Assembly: GCA_965231045.1 (NCBI GenBank)
Contig: OZ246406.1
Location: forward strand, 642,208-706,207
DNA from: an uncultured Candidatus Saccharibacteria bacterium
GTDB taxonomy: Bacteria > Patescibacteriota > Saccharimonadia > Saccharimonadales > JAGQNJ01
DNA: 64,000 nucleotides
Direction of reading: 5' to 3'
Shown here: piece by piece, positions 36,880 to 45,662 of the stretch
Numbering within the stretch: the stretch's first letter is position 1
How the letters are laid out: the number at the start of each line of letters is the position of its first letter
The notes under the pieces: generated by a model
Database searches by the model: none
The model's input: the letters and a program-made list of their open reading frames with translations, nothing else
What the model was told of the DNA's origin: nothing
Made by a program: the position numbers and the translations under genes

Positions 36880-39800
36880 TTAGTTATCCGGGAGGGCATT
36901 AAAGGCGGCCACGAGCGCAGGCTGTGGGTTAAGGAATTGGAAGGGTGGCTGAGCGCAGGCTTGGTTGGTACATCCTTCTCGAGTGGTAGCTGGGGGTGGT
37001 TGAACGTCAAAGTGGAGATGTGAAGGTGTATTTTGAGCATCTTCATTTGTACCAACTTCGGCTAACTGATCACCGGCCTTCACTTTTTCACCACCACTAA
37101 ATTTAACGCTACCTGACTTAAGGTGTATGTACGAATAGATATTGTTATCATCACCTTTGATCACAATAATGCTACCAGTTCCGCCAGTTGGTTCATTGCG
37201 TCCAAATACTACTGTTCCGCCACGTGCGGCAACCACTGGTGTACCAGTGTCAGCGAAGATATCGGCAGCATTATAGTCATGATGGCAGTTTTCCTGACTC
37301 GTGTAACACCAAGCTGGATTGTGGGTAGTAATCTTTGACTTTGTTGTCTTTTGTGGGAACGTAAATCCATCAGGGCTCACACCAAGTGAACCGCTATTAC
37401 TTGAAGTCCCAGTGCTAGAGTTGTCGCCGGCTTTTGGAGCTTGAATGTCTGTTAGATGATTAAGAGCATTGTCATTACGGTGAGCAAGCCGCCACCGAAA
37501 CACCATGTCTCCAAACTTTGGATTATTAATGCCTAGGTTCAGTGGTGAACATAAACCAGCATCATTGGCTGCTGTTCCAGGGTAAACATGGCCTTTTTCA
37601 TCACGTTGGATCTTACCTTCTTTGAGTAAGTCGCCCATACTTTCTGTATAGCATGGTGAATACGTGCTCTCGATTGTATCTCTAACACCTGATTGGTTAA
37701 GTAAGACATCATTTTGTAGAGGGAAATATTGAGGATCATTTTCTATACGGTTCAATTCATCCTCACTCCAACACCATTGCACATTTTGATAGTTTGTATC
37801 AGTTACGGTTGCCGCCTGGGCAAAGGCTAACTGTTTCTTAAAAGGATTAATCGCATTAACTAGAGAGCCGTTCAGGATTGTTGAACCAATACGCGTTGAG
37901 CTGTCAGAAACCAGTTTTGGAATGTTCGATTTATTTGTTAGCTGCATCGACATGCTTACGCCCATATTGGTTAGTAGAGAGTCGGGATTGCTGATCGCAA
38001 AGTAACGTTCGAAGGTACCTTGACGACCCTTCTCGGATTGTAAATATGCAACACTGGCTTGATCGCTGGCAGTTGTTTCAGGTTGCGTTAAAGGTCTACC
38101 ATACATCATCTTTCGGCAATTTTCACTGGCCGCTAGATTACCACCCGCATCAGCGAGATTGGCTTCGTTTTGAGCACGTGCTGCCCCATTGTACTCGGCC
38201 CCCATCCGCGAAAGTACCAACATCCTTGAAATGGCTGTAAGTCCACCAACGATTGCGGCTTGCTTCACCCCGTTAACAACTGTCTCCTGCAGTATATTCT
38301 TAATGCCTTCTTTTGTAGTTACAGTTTCGGCTAATTTAGCAACAGCTTCAGAAGCCGCCTCCTTAATGGTTGTAGTTAGCGCAACTTCTCCAGGTTCGGC
38401 ACCACCACCGGACATGACAGCAATAATGGCTTGTATACCAAGCTCAATTCCAGCAACAGCAATTGCTCCCTTCCAGTCAGTGATAGCTTTGCAGGTCGGT
38501 TCTACAACAGAATTTATCTTAGTTGCTGGGCCTTGTGGGAGTAATAAGTTAACTAGGCTAAAAGTCCCAACTGCTGAAGCTTGAGGACTACTTACGGCAT
38601 CGGTTGAAACTGGCACGTTTTGATTTCTAGCTCTTTGTTCGGGAACGGAAGAAGTATAATCAGCAAGTTTTCTGTTTGTCGCCCCTACGGCTTCTGCGGT
38701 TGTATCGCCTTTCTTTTGCTGGTCACCAGCCGATGCAATGGCATAGAAATTTCTCATTGCAGAGATACTGTTTGCATCAACTGTACCCCCGGAGTGTTCA
38801 ACGGAGCCATCATAAATAATGCAGGCTGGTATTGCTACGGCAACAGCAGCTGAAGTTGCTTGGGCAGCAGTTATTCTTGCATCATCAACATTACTAATTA
38901 GAGCTGCTCTGGCTTCATCGGATAAATAATTAGTTGGATATTCACCTGTTAATCTCGCTCTTTCGGCATCACTTATAATCCCCGGGGGTGTGGCTAGGGG
39001 GTCAGCTTCAAGGAACTGTTTGGCACAATCAGGATTTTTTCGACACCTATCTTGAGCTGCCTTGGCTTGTTGCGTCGCCTCCTCAATAGTAGTAGATAAG
39101 GAAGTCTCAGAATTAGTCTTATATGTTCTATCCCACCACGTATTAAACTCAATTATATCGGCTTGAGCCTCACTGGCATTACGATATGTTGAGCCAAGCT
39201 TGTCCCACCAGTGCAGCTCTACACCAATATCCGATAGTATTTTTTTATTAACGCTACTTCTCACTAAGGTGTGTCTATCATGCAAAGCATCGTCAATGGT
39301 TGCCGATACCTTGCCGGCGAGTATTTTGTCCTCCTTTGGCGTGAGAGGATTAACTTTATTGACTACCTTTCTGGCAAGACTTGTATCTTCTGGCACGATT
39401 TCTGTTCCGTTTATGACTACTTTCTCTAATTTTTGCCGACCAAGTATGCCCTGGGGCTCACTATACTTAAAATCAATCTGGCCGGTAGCTTGCATATTTT
39501 TATAGGTTAGAGTTGGGCGCCAGGCATCTAATTTGCCCCATGTTGCACTTCGGAATGAAAGATACTTTTCTTTCATTGCAGCAAAAGTAGCATCATCAGC
39601 ACTATCAACAGCGATTTTCTCGGAAGTATCTTGGTTTATACTTTGGCTGAATGCCCGGGTCGTTCTAGCGAACTGCCATGCCTCAATATGTTCGGCTAGG
39701 TTAGGTATTTTAAGGGTTGCAAAAAAGGTTATCATTATTGCAAGTAAAATAAACAGGCCAGATCCACCAATACCAACACCAAAAAGGATCGCCTTATTTC

Positions 39801-40272
39801 GATTGGAAAGTTTATTAACTTTATTTTTAAGCGCACCTTTTCCGCCAAATAATATAGTACCTAGGCGGCCACTCTTTTTATTATCATCACTATCATAAAG
39901 GTTGCTTACGGAGTCGGCTGTGTTAGCCGGTCCTTCATGCCTGTATAAAGAACCGCCAGTTTTATCATCAACGGCTTTTTTCTCTTTGCGCTGCGGCAAA
40001 GAGCCGTCCCTTCGAGGTAATGAGCCCGGCCCATATCCTTCCGCTTCTCGCCTGGAAAGGTCACCTGGGCTGGGTACGGAATGAGATCTACCACCGGCAC
40101 TATCTTGGGTAAGCGGTTCATCACCCTCCCCTTCGTCGTCATAAATATCGGGTACAGCTCGCAGATTTGCTCTATCTGGAGTTGATTCGCCGCCACCTTC
40201 AATAGAATGAAGTTCAGGTCTATACTGTCCCTCATTGTCTTCGTAATCTAAATCTTTAGCGGGTTCTCCCAT
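36880..40272 (-). CDS. bitopic T4SS-associated protein with acidic disordered N-tail, large extracytoplasmic region and C-terminal M23 (LytM) metallopeptidase
   Basis: 1130 aa with a TM helix at about aa 162-188 (ILFGVGIGGSGLFILLAIMITFFATL). The C-terminus carries HHDYNAADIFADTGTPVVAARGG...GDQLAEVG...SHLHFDV (HxxxD and HxH zinc motifs). A 2-nt gap separates it from the next gene. Confidence 0.8.
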   Translation of the reverse strand: MGEPAKDLDYEDNEGQYRPELHSIEGGGESTPDRANLRAVPDIYDDEGEGDEPLTQDSAGGRSHSVPSPGDLSRREAEGYGPGSLPRRDGSLPQRKEKKAVDDKTGGSLYRHEGPANTADSVSNLYDSDDNKKSGRLGTILFGGKGALKNKVNKLSNRNKAILFGVGIGGSGLFILLAIMITFFATLKIPNLAEHIEAWQFARTTRAFSQSINQDTSEKIAVDSADDATFAAMKEKYLSFRSATWGKLDAWRPTLTYKNMQATGQIDFKYSEPQGILGRQKLEKVVINGTEIVPEDTSLARKVVNKVNPLTPKEDKILAGKVSATIDDALHDRHTLVRSSVNKKILSDIGVELHWWDKLGSTYRNASEAQADIIEFNTWWDRTYKTNSETSLSTTIEEATQQAKAAQDRCRKNPDCAKQFLEADPLATPPGIISDAERARLTGEYPTNYLSDEARAALISNVDDARITAAQATSAAVAVAIPACIIYDGSVEHSGGTVDANSISAMRNFYAIASAGDQQKKGDTTAEAVGATNRKLADYTSSVPEQRARNQNVPVSTDAVSSPQASAVGTFSLVNLLLPQGPATKINSVVEPTCKAITDWKGAIAVAGIELGIQAIIAVMSGGGAEPGEVALTTTIKEAASEAVAKLAETVTTKEGIKNILQETVVNGVKQAAIVGGLTAISRMLVLSRMGAEYNGAARAQNEANLADAGGNLAASENCRKMMYGRPLTQPETTASDQASVAYLQSEKGRQGTFERYFAISNPDSLLTNMGVSMSMQLTNKSNIPKLVSDSSTRIGSTILNGSLVNAINPFKKQLAFAQAATVTDTNYQNVQWCWSEDELNRIENDPQYFPLQNDVLLNQSGVRDTIESTYSPCYTESMGDLLKEGKIQRDEKGHVYPGTAANDAGLCSPLNLGINNPKFGDMVFRWRLAHRNDNALNHLTDIQAPKAGDNSSTGTSSNSGSLGVSPDGFTFPQKTTKSKITTHNPAWCYTSQENCHHDYNAADIFADTGTPVVAARGGTVVFGRNEPTGGTGSIIVIKGDDNNIYSYIHLKSGSVKFSGGEKVKAGDQLAEVGTNEDAQNTPSHLHFDVQPPPATTREGCTNQACAQPPFQFLNPQPALVAAFNALPDN

Positions 40273-40296
40273 TTGTATATTGCTCTCGCCTTTTTA

Positions 40297-42213
40297 TTAT
40301 ACCCCAGGTCTAAGCTGGTTGTTGAGGTCAATAGTACCTTTTTCGCCCTGTATTTCACCTGTTTGCTCAAGGGCTTTCATTTGCTCTGGATTGCTAGTAA
40401 TTAGCCCTGTTTCTGTTGGGCTAGCAGTAATTTGGATATGCACGTGGTTTTGCCCGGCAAAGAATAATCCTTGACCAACCGGGAATTGACTTAGGCGCTT
40501 GCGCTCCTCGCTAGTAAGTTTGAAAACATCGGCCAAAACATCAACTGCTGAAGTCGCCTGTTTAAGTAGTATTTGCATAGAGGCGTTGGCCACAATCGCT
40601 CGCCCAAGGCGACTACCCATAAAGTCCTCCACGTCTTGGCTGATTGTTGTTACGCCAAGGTTATACTTTCGGGCACGCTTAGCCAAGCTAAACAAGAAAT
40701 TAGCTGAATCTTCATACTTCATAAATTGCCATGCTTCGTCGACTATCAGAATGCGACGTTTCTTGTCGCTCTTGGTACGGTTCCAAATGTAGTTCAAAAC
40801 AATATACATAGCCACAGGACGTAGCTCGTCTTCTAGGTCGCGAACGTTAAAGACAATCATTTGGTTATCAATAGTAATGTTTGACTGTTGAGAGAAAATA
40901 CCGGCGAATGTTCCACTAGTATATTTACGCAGGCGTTGCGCAAGTTGCGGGCCGGTGTTGCCCATGTGTAGAAGCGTGTCATACAAGTCAGTTATTGTTG
41001 GTGGTTGTGAGTTATGAGTCAGTGGGTCATTTGTAATACCAGCTTTGGCATAAGTTTCGATTAAGGCTGCGTCTAAATCAGCTTCTTCAACTGGCGATAG
41101 TGCAGGCATAATTGCTGCACCACCCGATGCTGCCATTTGGGCTTGAGCTCCGCCCATCATCAAACGAAGCAGACCATGAAGAGTTATCAGGTTGCTTCTT
41201 AGAGCGTTGTCAGCTTCTTCGGTATCAATAACTTTTGGCAAATCAAACGGATTAATTCGGGTAGCTGAGCTTAATGACAGACGAATATAGGCACCGCCAA
41301 CTGCTTCACACATTCGCTGATATTCATTCTCAGGATCAAGAATAACTATCTCGGTACCAAGCATCATATTTCGCAGGGCTTCGAGCTTAACAGTGAAGCT
41401 TTTACCGGCACCAGACTTTGCAAAGACCACCGAGTTACTATTCTCTAGCGTAAAGCGATCAAAAATCACCAAACCAGAATTGTGCATGTTAATTCCGTAG
41501 AGAATACCGCTTTCCTGGCTGAGGTCTGCACTGGTGAATGGGAAGGTTGTACTTAGAGCGCCAGTGCTCATATTTCGTCGAATCTGCAGCTCATCAAAAC
41601 CTTGAGGTATCGTACTGTTTAGACCTTGTTCCTGTTGAGAAGTTGCAGGTTTTGAATACACCAATTGTTGGCCAAGCAGCGACTCAACTTTATGACTTAT
41701 GAACTCTAGCTCTTCAAGGCTGTCGGCATACAGTGTGAAGTAAAAACCCAAACGGAAGAACCGCTCTTCGCCAACCTGCAGTTTGTCTCGCATTTCCTCG
41801 GCATCGACAATCGCAGCTTGTTTACCTGGATCACGGACACGGCCTTTTTCGGCATCGATTTGAATACCAGCCTCAAGCTGACTAACCTTTTTACGTAAGT
41901 TCTCTAAAATGATCTGACTTTCAACTGGGTAGATGAATAATGACAAATCAATAACTTCATCAATGTTAATAATGCCACTAAGCCAACCAGTGAATAACTG
42001 TCGTGGATAACCAAAGACGTAAAAAGTTCTGGCAAAACGCGTACCGATTTGGAAGTAGCTAGTATTAAACTCCAATGAACTTGGAGCAATGAAGTCGCGC
42101 AGAGCGGTAATACCTTTTTGGAAAGCGACACTAACTTCTTGTTGCTCGCGAATGCGCTGGGCTTGGGCCAGTGCTACCGGATCAACTTGCTGTTTTTTCT
42201 TGCCGAATGCCAT
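40297..42213 (-). CDS. virB4: VirB4-family type IV secretion ATPase (Gram-positive PrgJ/TrsE-like)
   Basis: 638 aa. The N-terminal region DFIAPSSLEF...YPRQLFTGWLSGIINIDEVIDLSLFIYP is typical of Gram-positive VirB4. Walker A is AKSGAGKSFT and Walker B is RILIVDEAWQF. Confidence 0.9.
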   Translation of the reverse strand: MAFGKKKQQVDPVALAQAQRIREQQEVSVAFQKGITALRDFIAPSSLEFNTSYFQIGTRFARTFYVFGYPRQLFTGWLSGIINIDEVIDLSLFIYPVESQIILENLRKKVSQLEAGIQIDAEKGRVRDPGKQAAIVDAEEMRDKLQVGEERFFRLGFYFTLYADSLEELEFISHKVESLLGQQLVYSKPATSQQEQGLNSTIPQGFDELQIRRNMSTGALSTTFPFTSADLSQESGILYGINMHNSGLVIFDRFTLENSNSVVFAKSGAGKSFTVKLEALRNMMLGTEIVILDPENEYQRMCEAVGGAYIRLSLSSATRINPFDLPKVIDTEEADNALRSNLITLHGLLRLMMGGAQAQMAASGGAAIMPALSPVEEADLDAALIETYAKAGITNDPLTHNSQPPTITDLYDTLLHMGNTGPQLAQRLRKYTSGTFAGIFSQQSNITIDNQMIVFNVRDLEDELRPVAMYIVLNYIWNRTKSDKKRRILIVDEAWQFMKYEDSANFLFSLAKRARKYNLGVTTISQDVEDFMGSRLGRAIVANASMQILLKQATSAVDVLADVFKLTSEERKRLSQFPVGQGLFFAGQNHVHIQITASPTETGLITSNPEQMKALEQTGEIQGEKGTIDLNNQLRPGV

Positions 42214-43103
42214 TACTGTATGTCCTTATCTAAGTTTGGTTGTGGTGCATTGCCCTGGCCTCTTGTAACAACAGGTACGTTAAGATCATCGAAGTTCTGG
42301 AGAGGCTGCCGGGTTGCCGTCTCGGGGTTATAGCTAGAGTAATATAGTTCGATAAGTTCTTGGGTGGAAAGGGGGATGGCTTGTATACCACACTGTAGTA
42401 AACCTTCTAGTGTTGATTGAACACGGTTTCTAAGTTCGGTTTTGGCGGCCTCAAGATCAGCTTCATTAATCGTTACGTGTTGTTCTTTGTTTTGGAACAG
42501 CCCAATAAGTCCACTGAAGAAGTTTTTACTCTGGGTTATAGCTTTTTGAACATCGGCAATTGGGAAGTACGGAATAACAATATAGAACTTTTTGTCCATG
42601 ATGTTGGTTTGACCCACCATCTGAGCTATAAAGTTTATATAATCCTCCATAAGAAGGGCAAGCAGCATATTGTCTTGCTCAGTGCGTATTTTATCGAGCT
42701 TTTCGATATAGGGCCTCATGTCAACTCGCTCGGAACGCATGGTAACCTGAATCGGAAAGTACAGAGAGTTCAAGAATCGTTGGTAGCTGCTTTCTACGGC
42801 CTCGCGCTCCTGAGGACTCATAAGGTCAAAGTTTATTGCCTTAGCCATGATGACACTTCTGAACGAACCATCATTCATGATCACAATTCCATCACGAATT
42901 TCGGCTATGTGTAGGGAGTTTTGAGTGCTGTTAGGATTATTTTTGTTTGAACCTTTAGGGTCTACATGTTTTTTACGTGGATCACCTCCGACAATCGCTG
43001 AATTAGCCGCAAGCTGTGCAGATTGTGTTACGCCAGGCAAAGGCATGCCACCCTTTGCAGAGCGAACTTGTTGCTGCGGTTGATTTGGAGCCGAAGGATT
43101 CAT
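42213..43103 (-). CDS. T4SS-associated soluble protein of unknown function, translationally coupled to virB4
   Basis: 296 aa with no TM helix. A TAATG 1-nt overlap links it to the virB4 start. Its core IRDGIVIMNDGSFRSVIMAKAINFDLMSPQEREAVESSYQRFLNSLYFPIQV resembles, from memory, N-terminal segments of VirB4/TraC-type proteins. Confidence 0.6.
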   Translation of the reverse strand: MNPSAPNQPQQQVRSAKGGMPLPGVTQSAQLAANSAIVGGDPRKKHVDPKGSNKNNPNSTQNSLHIAEIRDGIVIMNDGSFRSVIMAKAINFDLMSPQEREAVESSYQRFLNSLYFPIQVTMRSERVDMRPYIEKLDKIRTEQDNMLLALLMEDYINFIAQMVGQTNIMDKKFYIVIPYFPIADVQKAITQSKNFFSGLIGLFQNKEQHVTINEADLEAAKTELRNRVQSTLEGLLQCGIQAIPLSTQELIELYYSSYNPETATRQPLQNFDDLNVPVVTRGQGNAPQPNLDKDIQ

Positions 43104-43158
43104 ATTATTTAGTGTCCCACCATTCTTGTTTTACAGAATGTTTTGATATTAACGTGAC

Positions 43159-44160
43159 TCATCTCAGAGATATAACAACCTCATCATCGGGCAAATCTTT
43201 ATCTTGCTTGCGGTTAGCTTCGCGCCCTAGTGTCGCCACGTTCAAATCATTGTTCTTAACAAGCTTAAGTATACCAGGATCAGTAGGTGGTGTCACCGCT
43301 GTTTGTGCTTGTGGTTGAGCTGTAGGCTGAGGGGCTGGTGTTGCTGTCGTTTTTGGCGCCTGAGGTTCAAGCCGCCGCATGTTTGCTTGAGCCAATTGAG
43401 CTTGACTTTCCTGTTTTTCAATTTCGGTCATGATTTCTTTTATGGTTGACGAAATCTTTGGTTCGGGAATTGGCTGATTGCCATTAGCTTGTTGTACAGC
43501 TTTTTGGTCGGCAGCTGCTCCCCTAACTTTATTTAACAATTCCTCTCGGTGTGCCGTCGAAGAAGCATCAATCATCTGTCCGACTTTTTGGGCAAGTGGG
43601 TTATTTTGATCATCAAGAATATCACTTGATGGATCTATTGCCGCCACGCTTGCATCTTGTGGGACGACGGATAGGTCTACGAGCCGATCCGATGTAGTGT
43701 TGCCAATGAGAGGTTGTTGGTAGGTAGCGATATCAACATTTTTGACAGCCCAGCCCCGGGTATCAAGTGTTGACGCCAAAGCTTTTAGTCGGCTATGGAC
43801 TTCTTGGTCACTAAAGCCCTTGGTTCTGACCCGCTCTATAGTCTTGGGCACTGTAATAGTGACCAGCTCTTTTGCACCTGCTTGGTCCCAGATTCGCCTG
43901 TGGGTTTTAAGGAAGAACTTTATCTTGGCCAATAGCCAAACCTCAGATGGCTGATCACGCCCAAACGGCGCCGCCAAAAGACCAAAAAAGATCATTGGTG
44001 GCAAAAACGGGAATGCCAAATACCAACGATATGTTCCGAGCTTAAAACCTGCGAACCCAAGAACTACAACAATAACGGCATAGATAAACTGACGTAGGCT
44101 TAAAGGCCCAAGCAGTTTATCTTCAGCCTCAATGTCTTGAAGAACTTTATACTGTGCCAC
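43159..44160 (-). CDS. PrgI/VirB3-like T4SS membrane protein with long Q/A/P-rich C-terminal extension
   Basis: 333 aa. The N-terminus MAQYKVLQDIEAEDKLLGPLSLRQFIYAVIVVVLGF plus a second TM helix matches, from memory, the PrgI-family pattern (xEDKxxGPLTLRQ). Its position directly upstream of VirB4 is as in Gram-positive T4SSs. Confidence 0.6.
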   Translation of the reverse strand: MAQYKVLQDIEAEDKLLGPLSLRQFIYAVIVVVLGFAGFKLGTYRWYLAFPFLPPMIFFGLLAAPFGRDQPSEVWLLAKIKFFLKTHRRIWDQAGAKELVTITVPKTIERVRTKGFSDQEVHSRLKALASTLDTRGWAVKNVDIATYQQPLIGNTTSDRLVDLSVVPQDASVAAIDPSSDILDDQNNPLAQKVGQMIDASSTAHREELLNKVRGAAADQKAVQQANGNQPIPEPKISSTIKEIMTEIEKQESQAQLAQANMRRLEPQAPKTTATPAPQPTAQPQAQTAVTPPTDPGILKLVKNNDLNVATLGREANRKQDKDLPDDEVVISLR

Positions 44161-44205
44161 AACAACACTAGTGTATCAGATTACAAACCGCTTATGAATG
44201 GTTAA

Positions 44206-45609
44206 TTACGGTGTTGTAGGTGGGGTTGTTGTAGTTTTGCGGTTTTTTCTCGCTTGGTTTAATTTAGCACCAAGAGTTACTGGAGATTTTACAGCCTTCT
44301 TAGTGTTTTGCCATGCAAAAGACCGGGCTTTTTTATAGGCTGCTTTTCGCTTTTCGGTTCGTTGTACTATATTGTTTAGTCGGTTTATTTTTCGTTGAGC
44401 TTTACCAGGAGTAACCGCAATTATATTACCATCATCATCTAGCACCATATCATCTCTGTTGTTTTCAATTTTTTTCTCAAGTTTAGTTATGCGTTCCTTG
44501 CGTCTTCGTGCACCAAAGCCCGTTTCGGCTTTACGAAGGATCTGCTTAGTTGACCTTCTTTCCTGGCCCCTTACTTTATCGCTATGATTTGTAATCGGTT
44601 CCTCAGTTACAGTAATATACGGATACTCTACAAATGCGTCCTCTTGACGTTTTTTATAATGTTTCCGGGCAGCTTCGCGTTGTTTATCGTATTCGTCTTG
44701 TGATATTGCACCGCTAGCGAGTTGAGAATCAAGATCCTTGACTTCTAAGTTGAAAACTCTTTTTAGGTCATGCAGCATTGCTTGACGTTGTTCGTAACGG
44801 GGGCTTCGTTTATCTTCACGGTCACTTAGAATATTTGTTAAGCGCACAACTGATTTATCAATATCTATCCGAGTTCTGCGAGAATTGGCCAATTCATCAA
44901 CAATACCGGGTGTATTTCTCCACCTACGTACCCAGTTTTTGTGCCCCATGACCTCTCTGTGTGTACGGTGTTGTTTTAATCCCTTAGGACTAACAACAGG
45001 ATTATCTGGATCATAAATAGTAACTGGCTCTAGTTCTACAGGAAATACTTTCACACCTACTTTTACTAAGGCTTCATTTGCCAGAGACCTATAAAAATTT
45101 TGATCTTGTTTAGCATCATTTAGTTGTTCCGCTGGTTTTTCTAAGAATCTTCGCGTAAATAGCCATTTCCTAATACCACCAAAAGCTAATTTATCAAAAG
45201 GAAGTGGGCCGGTTGGCATGGGTAATTTATTTGGATCTGGCAGCGGCTCGGCACTATGGTCAACTATAATTTTTGGCCAAAGAGGATATTCATTATTTAC
45301 AGGGGGTTGGGTTGGATTTAGTGGATCAGGATCAATGGCCGGGTGATTATCGCGGTAACCTTGAATCGTATCAAAAATGATGCTTGATGCTTCAGGTGAT
45401 AATGTGGCTGTTGGATCTGTAAGGGGGTTAGCGCCTAACCCTAATCGTGAGTTACCACCAATTCGCGAACCCCCCTTTTTGCTTAGTGAGGCTAATACAC
45501 TAGCTATTTCAGGAGTTAGGTTAATAGACACCTGGGGAGATGCTTCTTTACCTGTTGTGCTAGGATCAGTTTCAGGGCTGGTTGGAGCTTGTGGAGTTCC
45601 TGCTTCCAT
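44206..45609 (-). CDS. hypothetical soluble, highly basic protein inside the T4SS-like operon
   Basis: 467 aa with no TM helix. It has a Pro-rich N-terminal third and a Lys/Arg-rich coiled-coil-like C-terminal half (..RRRKERITKLEKKIENN.., ..KRKAAYKKARS..). Confidence 0.6.
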   Translation of the reverse strand: MEAGTPQAPTSPETDPSTTGKEASPQVSINLTPEIASVLASLSKKGGSRIGGNSRLGLGANPLTDPTATLSPEASSIIFDTIQGYRDNHPAIDPDPLNPTQPPVNNEYPLWPKIIVDHSAEPLPDPNKLPMPTGPLPFDKLAFGGIRKWLFTRRFLEKPAEQLNDAKQDQNFYRSLANEALVKVGVKVFPVELEPVTIYDPDNPVVSPKGLKQHRTHREVMGHKNWVRRWRNTPGIVDELANSRRTRIDIDKSVVRLTNILSDREDKRSPRYEQRQAMLHDLKRVFNLEVKDLDSQLASGAISQDEYDKQREAARKHYKKRQEDAFVEYPYITVTEEPITNHSDKVRGQERRSTKQILRKAETGFGARRRKERITKLEKKIENNRDDMVLDDDGNIIAVTPGKAQRKINRLNNIVQRTEKRKAAYKKARSFAWQNTKKAVKSPVTLGAKLNQARKNRKTTTTPPTTP

Positions 45610-45662
45610 ATTTATTATTATAGCACAGAATTTACTTATTGTCTATTTAAGTACACAGATTA

